From Planctomycetia bacterium (GTDB lineage: Bacteria; Planctomycetota; Planctomycetia; Pirellulales; UBA1268): a stretch of DNA of 64,000 bases. A program made the translations under genes and the position numbers. Shown here one piece after another: positions 57,044 to 64,000 of this stretch. Below the pieces are notes generated by a model. The model was not told the origin of the DNA and did not search any database. It saw only the letters and a program-made list of their open reading frames with translations. Position 1 is the first letter of the stretch, and each line of letters begins with the position of its first letter. Where the stretch lies: the NCBI GenBank assembly GCA_046343855.1, contig JBKDMX010000091.1:2535-66534 (forward strand). The letters run 5' to 3'.

Positions 57044-60000
57044 ATGAGCGGTGAAGGTTTTTTTCTGTCGAGCCCGTCGGCTTTTCTGGGCAGTTCTCTG
57101 TCCGGCCTGGGCGGCGCTGCAGCAGCCAGGCGATCCGCCCTTGTCGTGCGCCTCGCCAGTCTTTTGGCTTGCCTCGTCGGCAACGCGGCTCTCGCAGCAG
57201 ACGTGGCGGCGGTCCGGCCGCTGCTCGCCCGCTACTGCCTCGACTGCCATTCCGGCGACTCGGTCGAGGGTGAGGTCGATCTCTCCTTCACGGGCGACGA
57301 CGCCGCGCTCGGCACGCACGTCAGGCTCTTGCAGCGGGTCGCGGAGATGGTCACGAGCGGCCAGATGCCGCCCCCCGACGCCGACCAACCCACCGACGAG
57401 GACCGGCGGGTGCTGGCCGAGTGGCTGCGGGCGTTTCTGGCCGCCGAGGCGCAGGCGCACGCCGGCGACCCGGGCCGCGTCGTCCTCCGCCGGCTCAACA
57501 ACGCCGAATACACGCACACGATCCGCGACCTCACGGGCGTCGCCTCGCTCGATCCGGCCAAAGAGTTTCCCGCCGACGGCGGCGCGGGGGAAGGCTTTAC
57601 GAACACGGGGCAATCGCTCGTGATGTCGCCGAGCCTGGCCACGAAGTATCTCGATGCCGCGAAGGGCATCGCGGCCCACGCCGTGTTCCTACCCGACGGC
57701 CTGCGGTTCTCTGCTGGCGACTCCCGCCGCGACTTTACCGACGAGGCACTCGCGCGACTGAAGCATTTTTACTCGCAGTACACGCAGCCGCTCGACGTGG
57801 CAGCGCGGCAGACGGTGCAACAGGGGATCACGCTCGACACGGGGCACGAGGGGTTTTTGCCGGTGGAAAAATATCTGCTGGCGACGCTCGCCGAGCGGGA
57901 GCGACTGGCACGCGGCGGCGACGCGATTGTCGACGTGGCCCGCGAGCGGGGCCTGAGCCCGAAATACCTGGCCACGCTTTTTGCCGCCCTGTCCGCCTCC
58001 GAACGAGCCCCGGCCGGTGCATCGGCCGGTCACCCGTCCCTGGTTCTCGATTCGCTGCGGGCCCGCTGGAAGCTCGCGGCGCCGGGGGATGCCCCGCAGC
58101 TGGCCGGGTTTGTCGCCCAGTGGCAAAACTCGCTCTGGAAGTTCAACACCGTTGGCCAGATCGTCCGCCAGTTCGGCGCTTCCGATGGCACGCCCTCCTG
58201 GATGGAGGCGGCGACGCCGCTCGTCGAGCGGCGGGAGTTTCGCGTCAAGCTCGCGGTGCCGAAGGATAAGGATTTCGTCACGATCAGCCTTGCGGCCGGC
58301 GATGCGGGCGACGGCCGCGAGCACGATGCCGTCGTCTGGCACAATCCGCGGCTCGTTGGCCCCGGCCGGGCCGATCTTCCACTCGCGCTCGTGCGGCCGA
58401 TGACGGCGCTGCTTGCCTCGGAACGCGAACGGCTCGCCGCCACGGCGGCAAAATGCCTCGCTGCCGTCGCCGAGGCGATGGCCGGCCCCGAGGTCACGCC
58501 CGACGGCCTCGGCGCCACGGTCGCCACGCTTGCCGAGAAGCATGCCGTCGAACCGCGGCTGCTCGCGGCCTGGTGCTCGTATCTTGGCATCGGGATGCCG
58601 GAAGCGGCCTTCGCCACGCTGCTCGACAAGAAGCTCGAGAAGATCGAGGGCTGGGAGGCGGTCAACGGCTGGGGCGGCGAGGGCGAGCTGCGGGTGATCG
58701 CCAACTCGTCGGACGAGCAGTACCGCGTCCCCGGCACGATTCATCCGCATGGCGTGGCGGTGCATCCCGAGGCCAAGCAGCGGGTGGTGGTCGGCTGGCG
58801 AAGCCCGATCACCGCCACCGTGGAGATCCGCGGCGGGGCGACGAGCGCCCACCAGGGCTGCTCGAACGGCACGGCCTGGTCGGTCGAGGTCTGGCGGGGC
58901 AAGACCCGGGAGACGCTCACGAGCGCAGTCGACCACGGCGGCGCGTTCGGGCCTTTCGGGCCGCTTTCCGTCCGGAAAGGTGAAGTGGTTGCGGTCGTCG
59001 TGGGGGCCCGCGACGGCGACGCGAGATGCGACCTCACCCGCGTCGATCTCACGATCCGCTCCGGCGACCGCGAGTGGGACCTGGCCCGCGACGTGTCGGC
59101 CGACATCCTCGCCGCGAATCCGCAAGCCGACGGGCAGGGCCATGACAACGTCTGGCACTTCGCGGTCGAGCCCGAAGGCTCGGCATCCGGCTGGACGATT
59201 CCCGCCGGGTCGCTTCTCACCCGATGGAGATTGGCGAACGACGCAGAGGAGCGCGGCACGCTCGCTGCCGAGATCGAGCAGCTGCTTTCGGCCGCCGGCG
59301 TCGAGCCGGCCAAGAATTCCTCCGATGCCGAGTTGCGGCGACTGCTCCGCTCCGCGACCGGCCCGCTGCTCGCAGGCATCAAGCCGCAGGCCCCGCCGGC
59401 GACCGCGAGCGTGAGCGTGAGCGAAGGCGATACCAATCAAGTGGGCCTCGACCCCGCCCGCTACGGCCGCCATCCGCAGGGGCTCACGGTCGCGGCTGGT
59501 GACCTGGGCATGCAGGCGCCAGATTCGATCACGATCACGATTCCCGCAGAATTGACCGAGGGTTGTGAATTCGTGACGGTCGCCGGGCTGCATGCCGATG
59601 CCGGCGAAGACGCGAGCGTGCAGATCGAGGCCGCGGCGATTTCCGGTGATGCCGCGCCCACCGGCCTCGTGCCTTCGCTGCCGGTCGTGGCTCGGAAGGA
59701 ATCCACCGCGTGGAGCCGTCTCGATGCCTCGTTTGCCGAAGTCCGCGATCTTTTTCCCATGGCGCTCTGCTACGGCCGTGTCGTGCCGGTGGACGAGGTC
59801 GTCACGCTGAACCTGTATTACCGCGAAGACGATCAGCTGCGCCGGCTCATGCTCGACGACGCGGAGACCAGGGAACTCGACCGGCTCTGGAACGAGCTCT
59901 TCTTCATCGCGCAGGAGCCGCTCGAACTCGAGGACGTTTACGAACAGCTGATGGGCTATGCCTCGCAGGACCGGCCTGAACTCGTGAATCGGTTTGCACC

Positions 60001-61318
60001 GTTGAAGCCGGCGATCGTCGGCCGCGCCGAGGCCTTCAAGAAGCGTCTCGTGGACGTCGAGCCCCGGCACGTCGACGCGGTGGTGGCCCTCGCCGGCCGG
60101 GCGTTCCGCCGACCGCTCCTGCCCGGGGAGGAAGCCCGGCTCCGCACGCTTTACGACACGCTGCGAAAGAAGGAAATCCCCCACGAGGAGGCGATCCGCG
60201 CCGTGATCGCTCATGTGCTCGTCTCGACCGACTTCCTCTACAAGATCGAGACGGCCCCGCCGGGCACCGCCACCGCGCCGGTCTCCGGCTACGAACTCGC
60301 CACGCGGCTTTCCTACTTCCTCTGGTCGTCGATGCCCGATGCGGAATTGCTCACGGCGGCCGAGAGCGGTCGGCTGCACGATGCCGAGGTCTTGAAGTCG
60401 GAGGTGCGACGGATGCTCGCCGCACCGGCGTCGCGGCGGCTGGCGGAGGAGTTCGGCACGCAGTGGCTCCACGTGCACGGCTTTGCGTCGCTCGACGAAA
60501 AGAACGCCGAGCTCTTTCCCGAGTTCGCCGACCTGCGGGCCGACATGGAGGAGGAGACGGTGCGGTTCCTCGACGACTTTTTCCGCAACGACCGCTCGAT
60601 CCTCTCGCTCATCGATGCCGACCATACATTCCTGAACGAGCGGCTCGCGAAGCACTATGGAATCGAGAGGGTGGCCGGCGATACGTGGCAGCGGGTGGAG
60701 GGCGTGCGGAAGCACGGCCGCGGCAGCATCCTCTGCCTCGCCACGACGCTCTCCACGCAGGCCGGCGCCTCCCGCACGAGCCCGATCCTCCGCGGCAACT
60801 GGCTCTACGAGACGATCCTCGGCGAGAAACTTCCCAAGCCGCCGAAAGACGTGCCACTGCTGGCCGAGACGGTGCCGACGGGCCTGAGCGAACGGCAGCT
60901 GATCGCCATGCATTCGGAAAACGCGGCCTGCGCGAAGTGCCACCGGCGGATCGATCCCTTCGGATTCGCACTCGAGGAGTTCGACGCCATCGGCCGGCTG
61001 CGCACGGCCGACGCTTCGGGCCAGCCGCTCGACACGAAGGCCAGCCTGCCCGACGGCGCTACGCTCGATGGGCAGGCGAGCGTGCGGACGTATCTGCTCG
61101 GCCCGCGTCGCGACCAGTTCGTGCGGGTCTTCTGCCGCAAGCTGCTCGGGTATGCGCTCGGCCGCGGCGTGCAGCTCTCCGACGAGCCGCTGCTCGATGA
61201 GATGGCGGCCCGCCTCGCGGCCTCCGATTACAAGATCTCGGTCGCCATCGACGCGATCGTGACAAGCCCGCAGTTTCGCATGATCCGCGGCCGCGACGCG
61301 GCCGATGACGCTTCGTAA
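57044..61318 (+). CDS. PSCyt3/DUF1587/DUF1592/DUF1595/DUF1588/DUF1585-type planctomycete cytochrome-motif protein
   Basis: The ATG at 57044 is preferred over the GTG at 57035. Contains LLARYCLDCHSGD near the N-terminus, a C-terminal ACAKCHRRIDPFGFALEEFDAIG (DUF1588/1585 pattern) and a long central insert. Confidence 0.9.
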   Translation: MSGEGFFLSSPSAFLGSSLSGLGGAAAARRSALVVRLASLLACLVGNAALAADVAAVRPLLARYCLDCHSGDSVEGEVDLSFTGDDAALGTHVRLLQRVAEMVTSGQMPPPDADQPTDEDRRVLAEWLRAFLAAEAQAHAGDPGRVVLRRLNNAEYTHTIRDLTGVASLDPAKEFPADGGAGEGFTNTGQSLVMSPSLATKYLDAAKGIAAHAVFLPDGLRFSAGDSRRDFTDEALARLKHFYSQYTQPLDVAARQTVQQGITLDTGHEGFLPVEKYLLATLAERERLARGGDAIVDVARERGLSPKYLATLFAALSASERAPAGASAGHPSLVLDSLRARWKLAAPGDAPQLAGFVAQWQNSLWKFNTVGQIVRQFGASDGTPSWMEAATPLVERREFRVKLAVPKDKDFVTISLAAGDAGDGREHDAVVWHNPRLVGPGRADLPLALVRPMTALLASERERLAATAAKCLAAVAEAMAGPEVTPDGLGATVATLAEKHAVEPRLLAAWCSYLGIGMPEAAFATLLDKKLEKIEGWEAVNGWGGEGELRVIANSSDEQYRVPGTIHPHGVAVHPEAKQRVVVGWRSPITATVEIRGGATSAHQGCSNGTAWSVEVWRGKTRETLTSAVDHGGAFGPFGPLSVRKGEVVAVVVGARDGDARCDLTRVDLTIRSGDREWDLARDVSADILAANPQADGQGHDNVWHFAVEPEGSASGWTIPAGSLLTRWRLANDAEERGTLAAEIEQLLSAAGVEPAKNSSDAELRRLLRSATGPLLAGIKPQAPPATASVSVSEGDTNQVGLDPARYGRHPQGLTVAAGDLGMQAPDSITITIPAELTEGCEFVTVAGLHADAGEDASVQIEAAAISGDAAPTGLVPSLPVVARKESTAWSRLDASFAEVRDLFPMALCYGRVVPVDEVVTLNLYYREDDQLRRLMLDDAETRELDRLWNELFFIAQEPLELEDVYEQLMGYASQDRPELVNRFAPLKPAIVGRAEAFKKRLVDVEPRHVDAVVALAGRAFRRPLLPGEEARLRTLYDTLRKKEIPHEEAIRAVIAHVLVSTDFLYKIETAPPGTATAPVSGYELATRLSYFLWSSMPDAELLTAAESGRLHDAEVLKSEVRRMLAAPASRRLAEEFGTQWLHVHGFASLDEKNAELFPEFADLRADMEEETVRFLDDFFRNDRSILSLIDADHTFLNERLAKHYGIERVAGDTWQRVEGVRKHGRGSILCLATTLSTQAGASRTSPILRGNWLYETILGEKLPKPPKDVPLLAETVPTGLSERQLIAMHSENAACAKCHRRIDPFGFALEEFDAIGRLRTADASGQPLDTKASLPDGATLDGQASVRTYLLGPRRDQFVRVFCRKLLGYALGRGVQLSDEPLLDEMAARLAASDYKISVAIDAIVTSPQFRMIRGRDAADDAS

Positions 61319-61355
61319 GGAAGATTGCCGCAGAGCCACCGAAAGGAGCCTTCCC

Positions 61356-62684
61356 ATGACTCAAAACCTTTCCCGCCGCACGATGCTCCGCGGCCTCGGC
61401 GTGTCGATGGCTCTCCCTTGGATGGAGTCGCTCACGCTCGCCGGCGAGCCGGCCTTGGCAGGCGCGGCCCCGGCTCCCCCGCCACTGCGGCTTGCCGTGC
61501 TCTTCGCCGGGAACGGCTTTCATTCGAAGGAGTGGTGGGCGAAGGGCTCGGGCAAGGAGATGAAACTCGGCAAGGTGCTCGAGCCGGTGGCCGACTTCCG
61601 CGAGAAGCTGCTCTTCGTGAAGGGCCTCTACAACGAGCAGGCCCGCAAGGGCAACATCCACTCGTCGCAGACGGGCAACCTGCTTTCGGGCGCCCCGCTC
61701 GCCTCCGGCGGCGAAATCCGCTCGGGCACGAGCTTCGATCAGCACCTCGCCCAGACCTACGGCCGCGGCACGAAGGTGCCGAGCCTCGTGCTCGGCTGCG
61801 AGAAGAGCAACCCGAGCGTCCACAAAAACTACTCGATGCTCTACAGCTCTCACATTTCCTGGAGCAGCCCGACGACGCCGACGCCGCTCGAGATCTATCC
61901 GGCGCTCGCGTTCGACCGGCTCTTCAAGGACGAGTCGCATGCGGGCGACAAGAGCGTGCTCGACGCGGTGCTCGAGCCGGCCGACGATCTTCGCCGCCGG
62001 ATCAGCGTGGCCGACCGGCGGAAGCTCGACGAATACCTCGACAGCGTCCGCGACGTGGAGCAGCGGATCGCCACCGCCGGACAGCGCGGGGAATTGCAGG
62101 GCTGGAAGCCTGCGCTCGAAAAGCCCGACATCCCGCGGCCGGCCGACGGGATCCCCCAGGACATCGCCGAGCACATGCGGCTGATGTGCGACATCCTCGT
62201 GCTGGCCTTCCAGACCGACACGACGCGGATCGTCACGCTCAAGCTCAACAACGACCACTCGGCCCTGCGGTTTCCGAACCTGCCGCGGACCGACAACCCG
62301 TCGCAGGGGATCGACTACATGATCCATCACCTGCTCTCCCACTCCGACAACACCGATTGGCTGAAGGTGAATCGGTTCTTCACGGAGCAATTGGCCCACG
62401 TGGCCCGGCGGCTCGATGCGATCCAGGAGGGGGAGCGGACGGCGCTCGACAACTCCATGGTGCTCATGTGCTCGAGCATGATGGCCGGCTCGAAGCACGA
62501 CAACGACCAGTTGCCGATGGTGGTGCTCGGAAGCGGCGGCGGGGGAATCGAGACGGGCCGCGTGCTCGACTACTCGGGCAAGCCGGACCGGCAGATGTGC
62601 CGGCTGTATCTGTCGCTGATGGAAAAGATGGGCGTCCGGGAAAAGATGTTCGGCGACGCCACTGCCCCTCTGGAGGAGGTCTGA
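61356..62684 (+). CDS. DUF1552-domain protein (Tat signal)
   Basis: The internal ATG at 61356 is preceded by AAAGGAG. MTQNLSRRTMLRGLGVSMALPWMESL is typical of the partner of DUF1592-type proteins. Confidence 0.9.
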   Translation: MTQNLSRRTMLRGLGVSMALPWMESLTLAGEPALAGAAPAPPPLRLAVLFAGNGFHSKEWWAKGSGKEMKLGKVLEPVADFREKLLFVKGLYNEQARKGNIHSSQTGNLLSGAPLASGGEIRSGTSFDQHLAQTYGRGTKVPSLVLGCEKSNPSVHKNYSMLYSSHISWSSPTTPTPLEIYPALAFDRLFKDESHAGDKSVLDAVLEPADDLRRRISVADRRKLDEYLDSVRDVEQRIATAGQRGELQGWKPALEKPDIPRPADGIPQDIAEHMRLMCDILVLAFQTDTTRIVTLKLNNDHSALRFPNLPRTDNPSQGIDYMIHHLLSHSDNTDWLKVNRFFTEQLAHVARRLDAIQEGERTALDNSMVLMCSSMMAGSKHDNDQLPMVVLGSGGGGIETGRVLDYSGKPDRQMCRLYLSLMEKMGVREKMFGDATAPLEEV

Positions 62685-62695
62685 AGACTTTTTCG

Positions 62696-63376
62696 ATGCC
62701 AAAGAAATCACTCTCGACGGGCCTCGCACGCCGGGAGCGGAGCCGGCTCTCACAGACCGTCTTCTCCCAGCTCTCCCACGCGATCATCGGCGGCGAATTC
62801 GAGCCGGGTGCGAGAGTCTCGGAGCCGACGCTCTCCGCGATGCTCGGCGTGAGCCGCGCGCCGATCCGCGAGGCGCTCATCGAACTCCAACTTCGCGGGC
62901 TCGTCGACTTCGACCCGACGGGCCATACGCGGATCCCGGTGCTCACGCCCCGTGACATCGAGGAGATCTACGTGGTGAGGCTGATGATCGACCCGGTGGC
63001 GGCAGGACTGGCCGCCGAGCGCGGCACGCAGCAGGACTTCGCGGTGCTCGAGAAAAACATCCAAGCCATGAAGAAGGCGAAGACGCTCGCCGACGTGTCG
63101 CGGCTCGATGCGGAGTTTCACGATCGGATCGTCCGCGCCGCGGGCAATCGCCGGCTCCTGCTCTGCTGGAACTCGCTCCGCGACCAGTTCGCCCTCTGGC
63201 TGACGCAGATGCAGCTGCGGCACGAGGCCGTGACGCACCGGACGCGGCAGGCGACCGTCGAGTCGCACGACCACCTTCTCGACGCGATTCGTTCAGGCGA
63301 TGTGAAGCAGGCGGCGGAGGTGGCCCGCCGTCACGTTGCCGGCTGGATCAAAGTGATGCCGCGGCTGGAAAACTAA
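62696..63376 (+). CDS. GntR-family transcriptional regulator (FadR/FCD subfamily)
   Basis: 226 aa from the ATG at 62696. wHTH (EPTLSAMLGVSRAPIREALIELQLRGLV) and an FCD-like C-terminal helical domain. Confidence 0.9.
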   Translation: MPKKSLSTGLARRERSRLSQTVFSQLSHAIIGGEFEPGARVSEPTLSAMLGVSRAPIREALIELQLRGLVDFDPTGHTRIPVLTPRDIEEIYVVRLMIDPVAAGLAAERGTQQDFAVLEKNIQAMKKAKTLADVSRLDAEFHDRIVRAAGNRRLLLCWNSLRDQFALWLTQMQLRHEAVTHRTRQATVESHDHLLDAIRSGDVKQAAEVARRHVAGWIKVMPRLEN

Positions 63377-63460
63377 GGCCACACGCGACACACTGGCCGG
63401 CGCGATCTCCGCCCGCCTGAAACCTTCCCCTTCCCGAAAATCACCCCGAAAGGAATCGCG

Positions 63461-64000
63461 ATGAAGCTCGTGCGCTTTGGAACCCGCGGTCAGGAAAAGC
63501 CAGGCATCGTCACCGCCGACGGCCGCATCAAAGATGTGTCGGCCCACGTGCGCGACTACGACCACGCCTTCTTCTCCACTGGCGGCCTCGCAGCGCTCCG
63601 CACGATCGCTTCAAAGCCCGACGCCTTGCCCGACGCGCCGGCCGGCGTGCGGATCGGCGCCCCGGTGGCCCGCCCGCGCAACGTCTTCGCAATCGGCCTC
63701 AACTATTCCGACCACGCCAAGGAGACGGGGGCCGCGATTCCCGCCGAGCCGATCCTCTTCATGAAGGCGACGGGCGCCGTCTGCGGCCCACACGACCCGA
63801 TCCTGATTCCGCGCGGCAGCGAGAAGACCGACTGGGAGGTGGAGCTCGGCCTCGTGATCGGCCGCGACGCCCGGTATCTCGCGTCGAAGGAGGCGGCGAA
63901 GGACCACGTCGCCGGCTTCTGCGTGGCCAACGACGTCTCCGAGCGGGCTTTCCAGATCGAGCGGGGCGGCCAGTGGAGCAAGGGCAAGAGCAGCGACAAT
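63461..64000 (+). CDS. Fumarylacetoacetate hydrolase (FAH)-family protein, partial (runs off window)
   Basis: My translation from the ATG at 63461 gives MKLVRFGTRGQEKPGIVTADG...NVFAIGLNYSDHAKE...ILFMKATGAVCGPHDPILIPRGSEKTDWEVELGLVIG. It is absent from the ORF track because no stop falls in the window. Confidence 0.85.
   Translation, partial: MKLVRFGTRGQEKPGIVTADGRIKDVSAHVRDYDHAFFSTGGLAALRTIASKPDALPDAPAGVRIGAPVARPRNVFAIGLNYSDHAKETGAAIPAEPILFMKATGAVCGPHDPILIPRGSEKTDWEVELGLVIGRDARYLASKEAAKDHVAGFCVANDVSERAFQIERGGQWSKGKSSDN

Noticed and set aside
57689-61357. 1222-aa minus-strand ORF antisense to the DUF1592-family gene
   Set aside because: Same reasoning: the sense-strand protein carries the conserved motifs.

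Overview
This is a visibly GC-rich window (roughly two-thirds G+C by eye, not computed). Its gene content points to a Planctomycetota chromosome: a DUF1559 H-X9-DG pseudopilin-like protein, a DUF1553/DUF1501 pair, a DUF1592/DUF1552 pair, DUF1080 modules, PVC-type CxxCH heme proteins, and an ECF sigma factor next to a WD40 Ser/Thr kinase. Most of the window is housekeeping. A long co-directional minus-strand array runs from 29.2 kb down to 19.3 kb: pheA, tpiA, secG, yicC, gmk, rpoZ, coaC, coaB, argC, argJ, two small genes, then a purine nucleoside phosphorylase. Also present are ileS-purN, dnaK-clpB, chrA and tRNA-Ser(UGA).

I found no CRISPR array, rRNA, intact transposase, integrase or recognisable defence cassette. 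I cannot point to a clear novel multi-gene system. The strongest unexplained signals are structural:
1. A 22-nt hairpin element (GTAGGACAGGCTTCAGCCTGTC, with a longer-loop variant) occurs at ten intergenic loci. It repeatedly supplies the TAG or TGA stop codons of the flanking genes.
2. A second, roughly 50-nt repeat family occurs at 43.4 and 47.3 kb.
3. A perfect AT-rich 25-bp inverted repeat fills the argC-argJ spacer.
4. A divergent ECF sigma / membrane Ser-Thr kinase pair has 14 WD40 blades and no anti-sigma gene.
5. A lower-GC four-gene islet abuts tRNA-Ser.
6. Several decayed genes are present: a group II intron relic that keeps domain V, a frameshifted cytochrome c, an MBL-fold pseudogene, and a DUF1080/SGNH chimeric relic.

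Many long ORFs in the track are antisense shadow ORFs typical of high-GC DNA and were not called. All family assignments come from motif recognition by eye, not from searches.
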